Assembly: GCF_964355755.1 (NCBI RefSeq)
Contig: NC_092676.1
Span: 501,788 to 565,787, forward strand
Length of the DNA stretch: 64,000 nucleotides
Direction of reading: 5' to 3'
Origin: Antedon mediterranea
Taxonomy: Eukaryota > Animalia > Echinodermata
Both the position numbers and the translations under genes were made by a program. The notes under the pieces were generated by a model. That model saw only the letters and a program-made list of their open reading frames with translations. It made no database searches and was not told the DNA's origin. How positions within the stretch are numbered: position 1 is the stretch's first letter; every line of letters begins with the position of its first letter. This document shows positions 50,801 through 63,834 of this stretch, piece by piece.

Positions 50801-51020
50801 GATGTAAAAGTGTAAGAGGGTGATAATGACGTCATGCTCGTTTGTCTATATTATTTTCGTAGACAGGCTCATGAATTATTCATTATTAGTCATCTACCTC
50901 ATTGAATATGCATGACGCGTGAATTGCCAATCTCGTACAATTCTGTTGTAATATACTCGTTCCACATCAATCGGTTGTAATTGATATACGTTACATTTGC
51001 GTAGGCTAACCGTAAGGTGA

Positions 51021-54000
51021 TCAGTTCTTGCAACATCTTGACTTCTTTATGTACGGTAGTTCTTGATTCAAGTCCACTACTGACGTGTATACACGACTCA
51101 CATTATCATCTTCTCGTCGTTGAATCTCCCTGAAATGTATTATGTATCAAGCCATGCTTAAAAGCTAGTACAGTTTAGACATTAATGACGTCATTTCCAG
51201 ACGGTTCTTTACGTCATTAATACATTATTTAATTCGTCTGAGTGAACTAAGTATGTTCATGTATAATGTTTATCATATCATGTTGATCATTATCATGTTT
51301 ATCATATCATGTTAATCATTATCATTTTCAAACCTATCATTATGATTATTGTCTCCTAATCTTTGTCATTAAAATCATAATCATGATCAATAATATCATA
51401 ACCATTCTTATTAAAATGATATTAATAATAAATAAGGAGTTATAAATGGGTGATTTACCTTGCAAGTTTACCAAACGCCTCAAATATATTACTGCCTGTT
51501 TTAGCACTCGCCTCAATAAACAACGCATCATTTTCCTGCATACATAATAATATACAATTAATATATTTAGGGGACATATTTGACTAACTAGTGAAAATAT
51601 AAACCACTGATTCATTGTAATAAAAATGCGATAGCAATATCACAAAACATGTATTTATATAATGGTTATAAAATAATAAAAATGCTATCGGATTGAATGA
51701 ATCCTAGTATGTCACCAAATGTGATCACATGTCACCAGAAAAAATGTATTATATATTAATTTCAGTTGATTGAGTTTGTGATTGGGATGTGAGAAAGGAG
51801 ATTCTTGGAACATGAATGATAATCCAATAGAATCCCACGCTTAGAGTTTGTGATTGGGATGTGAGAAAGGAGATGTCTTGGAACATGAATGATAATCCAA
51901 TAGAATCCCACGCTTAGAGTTTGTGATTGGGATGTGAGAAAGGAGATGTCTTGGAACATGAATGATAATGCAATAGAATCCCACGCTTAGTGTTTGTGAT
52001 TGGGATGTGAGAAAGGAGATGTCTTGGAACATGAATGATAATGCAATAGAATCCCACGCTTAGTGTTTGTGATTGGGATGTGAGAAAGGAGATGTCTTGG
52101 AACATGAATGATAATGCAATAGAATCCCACGCTTAGAGTTTGTGATTGGGATGTGAGAAAGGAGATGTCTTGGAACATGAATGATAATGCAATAGAATCC
52201 CACGCTTTGAGTTTGTGATTGGGATGTGAGAAAGGAGATTTCTTGGAACATGAATGATAATGCAATAGAATCCCACGCTTAGAGTTTGTGATTGGGATGT
52301 GAGAAAGGAGATGTCTTGGAACATGAATGATAATGCAATAGAATCCCACGCTTAGAGTTTGTGATTGGGATGTGAGAAAGGAGATGTCTTGGAACATGAA
52401 TGATAATGCAATAGAATCCCACGCTTAGTGTTTGTGATTGGGATGTGAGAAAGGAGATGTCTTGGAACATGAATGATAATGCAATAGAATCCCACGCTTA
52501 GTGTTTGTGATTGGGATGTGAGAAAGGAGATGTCTTGGAACATGAATGATAATGCAATAGAATCCCACGCTTAGTGTTTGTGATTGGGATGTGAGAAAGG
52601 AGATGTCTTGGAACATGAATGATAATGCAATAGAATCCCACGCTTAGTGTTTGTGATTGGGATGTGAGAAAGGAGATGTCTTGGAACATGAATGATAATG
52701 CAATAGAATCCCACGCTTAGTGTTTGTGATTGGGATGTGAGAAAGGAGATGTCTTGGAACATGAATGATAATGCAATAGAATCCCACGCTTTGAGTTTGT
52801 GATTGGGATGTGAGAAAGGAGATGTCTTGGAACATGAATGATAATGCAATAGAATCCCACGCTTAGTGTTTGTGATTGGGATGTGAGAAAGGAGATGTCT
52901 TGGAACATGAATGATAATGCAATAGAATCCCACGCTTAGTGTTTGTGATTGGGATGTGAGAAAGGAGATGTCTTGGAACATGAATGATAATCCAATAGAA
53001 TCCCACGCTTAGAGTTTGTGATTGGGATGTGAGAAAGGAGATGTCTTGGAATATGAATGATAATGCAATAGAATCCCACGCTTAGAGTTTGTGATTGGGA
53101 TGTGAGAAAGGAGATGTCTTGGAATATGAATGATAATGCAATAGAATCCCACGCTTTGAGTTTGTGATTGGGATGTGAGAAAGGAGATGTCTTGGAACAT
53201 GAATGATAATGCAATAGAATCCCACGCTTAGAGTTTGTGATTGGGATGTGAGAAAGGAGATGTCTTGGAACATGAATGATAATGCAATAGAATCCCACGC
53301 TTAGTGTTTGTGATTGGGATGTGAGAAAGGAGATGTCTTGGAACATGAATGATAATGCAATAGAATCCCACGCTTAGTGTTTGTGATTGGGATGTGAGAA
53401 AGGAGATGTCTTGGAACATGAATGATAATGCAATAGAATCCCACGCTTTGAGTTTGTGATTGGGATGTGAGAAAGGAGATGTCTTGGAATATGAATGATA
53501 ATGCAATAGAATCCCACGCTTTTAAATTAAAGCGTTTTTTATGCCCACGGTTAAAGATTCCTGTTATATTGGCATTCGTGGTGAAATCAACTGAATATCG
53601 AATATTCACAAAATAATGATAAAATATAGTATATTTTTATTAAGATACAGTCGAGCTCTCCCAAAGCCTCTTTTTTTTTTCAAAAAATACCGAAGTGAAA
53701 TATTTCTACTTTGTAAGTTTTTTTACAGTCAAGTTTCACATTAAGAGGAAATGTTTTTTAACGACTGCATGGATGTGAATTGTGAACTCGTTTTGAATGT
53801 CGGTGGATAAAAAAAGACCAGGAAAAATATTCAAAAAAGCTTTTAATGCCTAGTGCTTTAATGTTAATTCAAATATAAGTAATAATGTATTCAAGCTGAC
53901 ATTCTTCCCCGAAGTCCTAGCACAATCGGCGGAACATAATCCATCATCACACTGCTGTTTCGATGCCGTTAATGTGTGTGTATAATTTGCATAAAGGGAC

Positions 54001-57000
54001 AGCGTCTAAATTTCGTTTTTGTCGATAATGATTTATATTGTTCTTGCGTAACTGAAAATGCTACGTTAAGATCTGTTTCCTATAAAATATGGACAGTACA
54101 TGTAGGAGTGATCTCGGGTGACACGCCCAGTAAAGCTTGGTTCCCACTAGCGACGCAACGTAACGCAATCTACGCAACATAAGCAAATGCCCTTCTAATA
54201 ATTGTGTTTTCCCCCGCCTGCGTGAAATAAAACCTGCGATTTTTGCAGCACTATTGCGTCGACGCTTTAGGTAACCTAAAATATTCGGAGTTCTTACCTC
54301 TGCCATTTTAATAGCAACTTCAGTTTCCACGTCACGGAAGTTGGATGCTAAATCGTCTTTATTACCAACTATCATGAGTATGGCGTTCTCGTCAACCTCC
54401 TGTGTGGAAAACGGTGAAAAAGAGTAGATAATATAACAAATAATGATATATAATACAACGTCGCGTTCTCGGTAACATTGTGCTGAGGGCCTCATCCGTC
54501 AGCTTCGGCTGTTTCGAGTCACCTCATTAAACAAAGTTTAATCAAAATAAATAGTGGACGATGAGGAAGAAATCAATGTAGATAAAAAGGATGTATAAAC
54601 TATTAGCAGAGAGTTTTATGTACTTTCATACTATCATAGATAACATACAGGTGGTATACCCAACACAAACACATTAGTCTTGATTTATTTACAGCTATTA
54701 AAGAGGGTTCACGTTTATGGCTGCTGGCACTGAATTGCACAGTATGTTACCCATCGTCTCTGCGTCCTAGTACCACAATGGTTCCCACTTCTCACGCAAC
54801 GCAATGACGTAGGCACAACTAAAGTTAGTTGACCAATCACATTTATGCGAGAGATCAGATGATCAATCGCGTGTCGTGATTGGCGCGTGCTTAAGTCATT
54901 GTGCTGCGTCCAAGTGCAAACAAAGAGTTTGTGGTTCCCACTAGGACGCAACGAAGCGACGTATTGACGCAAAGTTCTGTATTGCGTAATCACAAGTGGG
55001 AACCGACGACGCAATAATGCTGCAAACATCGCAGGTTTGATTTCATGCAGGCGGGGGCAAACACAATGATTGGAAGGGCATTTTCTTACGTTGCGTCGCT
55101 AGTGGGAACCACGCTCAAGTTGCAAACGTAGCTTACCCGTATGTGCGCAATCCATCCCTTCACGTTCATGAATGACTTGATACAAGCAATGTCGTACAGA
55201 AGAAGAACGCCATCTGCCTTGCGGAAGTAAGCGTGTGGTATACTACGAAACCTACAACATAAAAATAACTATTTGAATGGGTAGAAGTCGATGTGACGCG
55301 TGCGTCCAAACGATGATAATAATATATTACGATTTTTTCACGAGCGCGTACAATTAACGAACGTATGTACTGTTGAAGTTAGAAATCAGAAAAGTTTAAC
55401 CAAATCTGACCATTAATTCAGAAATTTGCTGAAATTGAATGAACTGCGTATTGATGCTATTTATCTATTGCTTGTACGTGTTTTGTCAAGTTTTAAATTT
55501 AGCTCACGTAATATTGTGAAACTTTAGTTAAATCAATCACTCTTAATGTGTAAGCGATAACAAGCTTAATTTCATTCTGCTATTTCAAGATAGACTCGGG
55601 CGTTTGAACATAAAATTACTCGTACTTTTCTCTTCCCTTAAGAGAAAACATTTCTACCCAAGGAAATCATTGAACATTAAATAAATCAATGTTTGATTAT
55701 ACCGCATGTCTAAACTAAACTAATAATCAACGGTTAATAATAACTGTTGCACAGATATTTTAAAGAAATCAGGAGGTGTTTTTGTAAAGAATGTGTAGAG
55801 TATGTTGTTTTAAGCGTGTCGTCGTCCAATCAAAATGCGATTAATAATTATTCGTAGCGAATACTTAGCTCTGATTGGCTCCGCAATTTTCACGTCACAA
55901 CAAGTAGATCAAAATATATACATGCGCATTAGTCAAGGCGTTCGTTTGTGGAAAACAGGTTTAAAACTACACGGACGATTTAAATGTTTATTTGAATAGA
56001 CTGATGTGAATGGATAATTATTGTAGTTTTTAGATTACATTGAAAAACATTTTGTATTACTGCTGTACAAGTTTACCTTTAAAAGGTTGTACTTTATTTG
56101 ATATCATATTTTCAAGTGTTAAAACGTTCCTTTAATAAACAGTGGAAATAGGCCTAGGTCAATTTACAGTGGAAATAGGCCTAGGTCAATTTCTGCAAAT
56201 GGAATTACTAATACAAATAGGTCGTATTAATCAATATGCTTATTTTACACAGATTATTAAGAATGAAACACGTCGCGTATTTTACACCTAAATACAAACT
56301 TGATGTAATTGTATGTAAGTGAAAATCGATCGATATCACTTTGTGGTGAATAACTATAGGCCTATATCTTAAGGCTGTAACTAATATTCAACATCTATGT
56401 AAGTAGACAATGAAACACGACAAAAGGTGTTCTATCCAAAATAGTGTTCCCTCCCATGAGTGTTTTACAATGGTGGAACTATCGGGTATATTGCTTATTG
56501 TTCCAGATTTAAACAATTTCATCGGCAGCCAAACACTTTACATTAATTAATCAAACACCCACTCGAACTAGGCACAATAAAACATCGACACATTTGAAGC
56601 GATGAATGTTCGGTTGTTTATTTATAAATTGTTTTATTTATAAGAGAGTATACAGTGTTGTAATCCTATTTGAAGTGTCCATCGCGCGACGATAAAAAGA
56701 AGACGCAATAAAAACCATAATCTGACGACCCATACCTTTCTTGGCCAGCCGTATCCCATATCTGCAACGAAACAACCGTATTGTCCAACACTAAAGACTT
56801 CATGTGGTACCCAATTTCTAGAAGAAATACGAAGTAAACAAAATTACAAAGTAAACAAATACATCAAGTTGTAAATTATATCATGGATTATTGAATAGTA
56901 TGTATCTATAATCTTCCTATTCCTCGTCCCATATTTTAGTTGAATAAATTGAGGCAAACGTTAACATTTAAAAAACATTTTAAGTAGTGGTATTTCATAA

Positions 57001-60000
57001 CTTTTGTATTATATTTTGATGTTTCTATTTCAGCATTCTACCGATCAACAGAATCTGATCTAAGCTTTCTCACAATGCTTTGAGACAACGGTCGTGCTGT
57101 TTGACCATAGGATGTTCTGGTAAATGATTAATTGTGTTATACTGACCGATAATTATTCAATTCAAAGTTTAAGTAAACTTTCTTACCAATGGTAACTTGA
57201 GTATTAGGTGTAAAAGTGTTGTGACAGAATCGTTGAAGAAAACTAGACTTGCCCACACCAGAATCTCCGCACGTCACAATCTTAAAACATCGATCTGGTG
57301 TCCTCAATTGTAGAAACTTTGAAAGACAAAATATAGACTACATTTAGTTGATACATAAGGCCTACAACATGTTAAAATAATTATACAGTTTTATCAATTT
57401 AAAGCGACAGTCTGAAGTGTGATGTGCTCTATTATGGTAGTGATGACATCATCCTGTCCATATATGGGCACATCAAATTTTGTTTTCACATAAAGTTTGA
57501 TAATGTAGACAGAGCTTAAGCAATATTTCATATTATAATATACATCTTGCTGACTTTTTCTTGTAGCAACTTTAAGCTATATTTTCCGACCATAAATTTG
57601 CCGTAATGCAAGAAATAATTCATAAATGATATATTTTCTTTTGCGAGTTTTTTCATAACACATTTCCAAAGTGAAAAGTATTACAACACAATGAAAAAAA
57701 AATGCGTATACTGTTAATTATTTAAATACGTTTATAGACATTTGTGACGCATCTACGTCTGTGGGTGCTCGCTTTTCAACTCAACGTTCAACCGTGAAGT
57801 ACGTATAATACGTATAACTTGCGCTCCTCAATTGTTATATCACGCCTTTTACCGTCCAAATTTCATATATACAGTAATACATTAAATATTTATCATTCTG
57901 AAATATTATATCCACAACGTGCACGACATTTGGCGACCTTCATTAAGACATCGAAGATTGGAATGATTTTGGATGATATCGCTTCAAGGGTATTCAATTT
58001 CATGAATATTTATCAAATATTTCAAAATGAACAAAATCAAGAATATTTCAGATAAAATATGAAACAGAAATATGAAATAAGATATTTGATTAAAAGTTAC
58101 TCAACTAGTATAGGAATCTTAAACTCTATCCTACAACAATGTACATTCACTAAAAATGATTATACTATGATCTCGCTATGGTGCATTTCTCGCACATGTA
58201 TGAACCAGTCCCTGTATGCCAATGTCTTTAAAATGTTAAAATAACTAAGTAAGATGAACTTAGTACTAAACTAACCTGTAACTGTTGATCACATTCACAG
58301 TCACTAAAACTGCTGACTCGGCTCATTTGCATAACACCAACTTTTTTTGGTTCCGACCTTTTATGATAATTGTCTTCAACCAAACTTTCATATTTTTCTC
58401 TGAAATTAAACGCAATCAAAATTGACGTATTAAGCAGTATAAAATGATGTTTGGTAATTCCACAATTTTAGAATAAAAATAATAAATAAAGGCTTTATGA
58501 CACGTTTTAAGATTTGTGGCACATATTTTTATTGTTTAATGACGCATTGAAAGATTAGTTATAACGTTTGAAAACAAATTAAAACAGTGTAAATGTGGAT
58601 ATTAACATTATATTGAATAAATAATAAAACGTTCGTGTTATAAAGATTTTCCCAAGGTTTTTGCAAACATCATTACCTTAGTTTTTCAAGTTGTAACTCT
58701 AAATGTTGTCTGTCTCTGAGTTTGTTTTCGTGTTCTATTACAACTTCTTCATATTCCCTTGAATTAAAAAAAAACATATCGACCATGTCACAAATAGAAT
58801 AGACTTCCAATCTAGTAAGTTGACAAGCCACCACTAAAAATAATATCACTAACCATGCCATGAAATGTAGGTGCTAACGAAATGCAGTATAATATCATAT
58901 TTAGCAGATAGGTCCACCAAATATTTATTGTTTATTTTAATTTGTATCTCCATTGAGATCCAGCCACTCATGTCCACAACATCGCCATTTTTTCAGGAAT
59001 TTGCCATTTGCTTTGTACTGATATAGATAGTTAATAAATGATGTATTATTGCTGTTTAAGTGCAGAGATTAATACCGTTAGTTACGTCACAGTGTGGCAG
59101 TTTTGGAGTGATTGATTGAGCGTGAGTGTTGTGATGGTGTGCTAAGTTCCGTCAGTATCTACATCAGTATCAGCATGATAAGGCTTAGTACAAGGACTGC
59201 TACTTAGTACAATTATCATTCTAAATATAAGCATGTGTTATTATGTTCATCATCGTGGAGTCAATGCATCTGACAGGATTTGTTAAAGTGTTTTTATTAG
59301 AATAACGTTTTGTGTTTGTCTCCAGTTAATAAATTGGAATGATATCTTTGTTTGAAATTGTTTGGAAAGGTGCTCTATGTTAATATTAGTGTTCTGTTTC
59401 TTCATGCTTAAATCGTTAACTCCTCCGTGACATTTCGTTCGGCCGCCCATATGCCTCTCATCTGGCACAGCTTCTCTGAGATGGACAAGTTATTGTAGGC
59501 TTAAGCGTGGTTCCCACTAGCGACGCAATGTAACGCAACAAAACGACGTAATGACGCAAAAATGGACAAGTTATTGTAGGCTTAAGCGTGGTTCCCACTA
59601 GCGACGCAACGTAACGCAGTATTGACGCAAAGATGGACAAGTTAATGTAGGCGTACCTTTGGAAGTATTCTCGTTCCCGTTCTGTTTCATCTTGTAATTG
59701 AAGGCACAGTTGTTGTGTTTCGTTTAGCCCAGCCAATGATTGGTCCAGCCTCGTTTTGAGTGCACTATTTTCCTACACATAAACGTATACATATTGTATA
59801 ATGATTACATTTAATGTTGTTTAGTACTGTACAACCGGTGGCCTTGTTAATAACCGTTACCCTCTTGATCACTAATATTTCATTTTAATAGTTCGCATAA
59901 TAAATTAATACTTTCTATTATATAACATAATACATTTTTAAAAATCAACATACTGTATGTTGTTTAGCACACAAATTTATAGTATAGCATTACATAATAT

Positions 60001-61966
60001 AAAGCACATTTATATTATATATTCTTACTTTGATGAGGAACTCGTTTTGTGTGACAATATTACTCTCGTGCCGACTAAGTTCAAAAACCATCTGCTCAAG
60101 TTGATTATTTTGTTGGGTAACTTCTTTTTCCTTTTTATTCAGCTCTCGTAGAGAAACTTCAAGCTATTTTAGTAATACAAAACTATATTAAACATTGGAT
60201 TATGTAATACATTTAAATGTATTATTAATGAAATTATTTAAATTTTCTTTTTCATTTGTATATATTTATATTGGCTCATTTTTTATAGTTTAGTTTTTAT
60301 TTTCAACCTGTTATTGGTGTTTTACACTGTTGGTTTGATATGAAGAATATAAAGAATGACGTGTTAAACAAATAGAAAAATAGAAACATGAGAAATAGTT
60401 GATTTATGTAATTCATGACGTGTTAAACAAATAGAAAATGGAAAAATAAGTAATAGTAAAAACGTAAAGCATTATTGGGAGAATTAAAAATAACAAAATA
60501 AAAATGAAAAGAAACAAGTATTAAAGTAGACAAAATCAGATTGGTAATTAGGGCTATTCCTAATATTGAAGAAGTGTTTGATACTAAACGTAACCAAGCC
60601 TTAAAAATTAAAGCATGGTTCCCACTAGCGACGCAACGTAAGAAATTACGTTGCGGAAATGTAACGTTACTATTTATATTTACCTCTTTCTTGCGCGTAA
60701 TTAGTTCCTGCATCTCCTGTTCTCGCATCTCCAGTTGTCTGTCCAATTCTAGTTGCATTTCTTCTTCATATTTGCGTCGTAGTAACTCCCGTTCCGTCAT
60801 CAATAAATGATCCATTTCTTCGTACAACTTTCGCATCTCATCTGTATGCACGCCGTTCTTACTGCAATGAGTCAGAAAGCGTTTGTAATATCTCATATGA
60901 GAAATAATAATAAATAAAAATATATTTACAATTGGGTTTACGTATTCGGGAATCTTTATCCATTCTGTATTAATTTATATCTGAATAATATTCTTCTTAT
61001 TAATCTATTATTAAGCTAATTATTGACAATTTACAACCGTATTCAGTGCATTGTCGCGAATATACATTAAGTACACATAATAACAGCGCATAAACGCATA
61101 TAATATTACGTAAAAAGGGCGTAACGCGTATAATATTACGTAAAAAGGGCGTAACGCGTATAAATATTACGTAAAAAGGGCGTAACGCACATACATATTA
61201 CGTCAATAGTGCTTAACGCACATGAAATCAAGAACGGACGTATAAATATATATTGCATTTTTAAAAATTATTTTCATTTATTCAATTTCCATATCTTATT
61301 TGTGACACGGTGCATGATGAATACGCACATAATAATAATATTATTACGTCACGGCCGCGTGTGAATACGGTTGATAATGACAGGCCATCATAACCTCATC
61401 TGCTTATCAATAATATTTGTTGTAATTTATTACTTTTGGGAAATTCTATTTGGAAATGATCTAAATGTATTTTCTGTTTGTGTATAAACGAACCGGAATT
61501 GACATTAATATGCTTCTAATTCATTTCGAAGACTCGGCTTTTGAAATTCCTAATTACTGTTTATGTGAAGCTAACATTGACACACGATGCCGTAGATTTC
61601 AATAATGTGTGTTTATAAAGAAAATAAGACTTTCTTTGATATGTGACGCATGTCTCTGACGTCAGTTGTTGATTCTGCTTTTCTGTTTTATTTTGTCATT
61701 AAATTAGATAGAATCCTTATTTTTACAAACTCGAGACTTTTATACGCCATAAAATTTAATCTACAAATAATAAAACATTATTATGATAATATTTGCTTCT
61801 ATAAATTATTTGAGACAGTGGTACACACCTTTTGACTACGTCATCACATTTGTCGTTCAGGTTTTTTATTTCTCTGACTGATTTACGTAGAAAGTTTTGA
61901 AATGTTTCCAACAACTCTGGTTCATCATTTCGTAATTTCTGCCAAAGGATGTACAATTCATCTTGC
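51021..61966 (-). CDS. CRACR2A: CRACR2A/EFCAB4B (Rab46)/RASEF-type large Rab GTPase: coiled coil plus Rab domain plus CCKN prenylation motif; 5' end not established
   Basis: Minus-strand exons 61966-61829 ([20 protein letters not shown]), 60861-60684 (MRKLYEEMD), 60163-60029, 59772-59657, 58757-58677, 58399-58276, 57316-57187 ([20 protein letters not shown]), 56817-56736 ([11 protein letters not shown]), 55251-55137 ([20 protein letters not shown]), 54399-54298 (GNKDDL), 51535-51459 (EASAKTG), 51129-51021 (KKSRCCKN*). All junctions are phase consistent. The LW..L...EP.LL..F..FL and LYEEM motifs match the CRACR2/RASEF coiled-coil region. No EF-hand exons were found in the window. Confidence 0.85.
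51772..53520. repeat. 73-bp minisatellite, about 24 copies, in a Rab-gene intron
   Basis: Unit gagtttgtgattgggatgtgagaaaggagatgtcttggaacatgaatgataatgcaatagaatcccacgctta with few variants. It explains the many MFQDISF ORFs. Confidence 0.98.
54131..54265 (+). mobile_element. MITE family B-related copy
   Basis: Begins taaagcttggttcccactagcgacgcaacg. It closely matches the reverse complement of 55004-55118. Confidence 0.82.
54776..55118. mobile_element. Cluster of nested family B-related elements
   Basis: tggttcccact termini at about 54780 and 54932; agtgggaacc termini at about 54996 and 55101. Confidence 0.78.
57417..57519. mobile_element. MITE family A, partial copy
   Basis: tggtagtgatgacatcatc ... 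cacataaagtttgataatgtagacagagcttaa. Confidence 0.8.
59481..59650. mobile_element. Tandemly duplicated family B terminus abutting a Rab-gene splice donor
   Basis: atggacaagttattgtaggcttaagcgtggttcccactagcgacgcaa at 59481 and 59562, with a third partial copy at 59633. Confidence 0.8.
60590..60660. mobile_element. Family B terminus fragment
   Basis: taaagcatggttcccactagcgacgcaacgtaag. Confidence 0.75.
61090..61222. repeat. About 30-bp tandem repeat, about 4 copies
   Basis: Units of taatattacgtaaaaagggcgtaacgcgta. Confidence 0.85.
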
Positions 61967-63834
61967 CTAGAATAAAGATAATCATCATCAACATTATTTT
62001 AAAATATTAAATTACATTCTTACGTCATGTTGTGTGTACATTATTATTGATTTATTTTATTTTTCATTTTATTTAAAACGTTATCATCCTTTTAATGAAA
62101 CTCTGTTGAAAAATGTGCAACTGTAAAAATATAAGAGATTATAACATTTACAAAAAATGATGAACTAAAATTGTAATGTAATTCATAAAAATAAAGCCAC
62201 CAATAATATTAATATATAGCCCACACCTAAATCCAAAGATAGTTTTGTGAATATACATCATGTCATGTCATAATATTACCAAAGTATGGTTGCCTAATAT
62301 TATTAGTTTTCCACAGTTTACTGTCATTTTGTATAGTTTAGGCAAAATTTCTTTTAATTGAAAGTAGCTCATGTAGGTGTATATGTGGGGAGAGTATTAA
62401 TTCCAATTCATGAAGATAAAGATACTGGATACTAATTTGAAATGAACACATCATTTCAAATTATTCTTCATATCTGTCAACCAAAACAATGTCCAACATG
62501 TATCGTCTTCTCTTGTCGAAAACAGGTAGTTTGGCGTAGGAGGCATTACTTATTATATTGTTAATTAATTTGACTTCCGCAATAAAAAACAACGTCGTTG
62601 AAATAAAATTGATCCAATTGAATTAATCACGTAACAGTCTTAATTACAGTTTGATAAAATATGTTGTCAACAAATTAAATTGTGTGTTTTTCTTTTGCCT
62701 TTGGAGATTGTCTATAAAGATCAAACATTGCGTCAACATGCGTTAGATAACGCGCCCTGAGTAACACTATGACGCGTAACATACAAATACGACGCATTCC
62801 TTAAACAAACTGCCTGACAATCTAAACATAGAAAGATGTCTTTGAAATAATCATACACGGGTGAATAGGCTTAGCTGCAGAAACTGATCGATAATGTCAG
62901 ATAGTTATTCTGAAGCCAGCTGTCGAAACGATTTATTAGTTCTAAAGCACGACAAGAAATTAGTAGCCAAATGAAGACGATTCATCATAAATAATACGTG
63001 TTTAACTAACATTTTGAATAATATTAGCCTTTTTACAGTCGATACTTTTTGTATGAATAATCACGATAAAGAATACCTCATGTATGAATACTGGTTAGAT
63101 TTAACAATTTTGCAAAATAATAAATATAGTACGTAAATTGTAAAAAATTTGGAAACTTGACAATAAAAGTCTCTTCTCTTCCAAAAAACAAATATATCTT
63201 CACACATGTATCACCTTAATAAAAGCAACAAAATCCATGAAGAATGTGAATTTCGATCATTAATGTCTGTAGGCCTACGATATTTTAGGATTCAGAAGAA
63301 GTCAAAATACATATTGCCTGCAATTTGATTTAATGATCATTTTATATAATTATAATCATCACCCGATTTATGAACATTAATAAATTTATTGAATAATCAA
63401 TATTAGTATAAAGTAAATCAATAGGCCTTGTCCTGAACTAATAATATTCTGTCAACCACGATCGGAAACATTCTAAGAACAGCTATAGCTGCCGGCAGAG
63501 AGAAAAAACATTGTTTAATACGAAACAGAATTGCTTTTTGCTATATATCAAGAAATACCCAATCAGACAGATTCTGTCTCGTAAAAATTAACAATTTCCA
63601 GGCATATTGTTGAAATGAACGATCAAACCGTAAAAATGCATTCTTCATAATTCACGTGCAAATATTGATTTACAGTGATTCATAAAGAATGTGTGTCGAT
63701 AATGTTATCAAATATATTATTCATTAGTTATAGCAAGTACATGTTCTTTTCATAAAGAGTAATATCTTCCCACTAAACGTGTCTGGAACATTCTGCGCAT
63801 GCTCGATATCGCGTTTGCACTGGGCGTAATTATA

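Noticed and set aside
51762-53609. Numerous MFQDISF ORFs
   Set aside because: They are frame-cycling translations of the 73-bp satellite.
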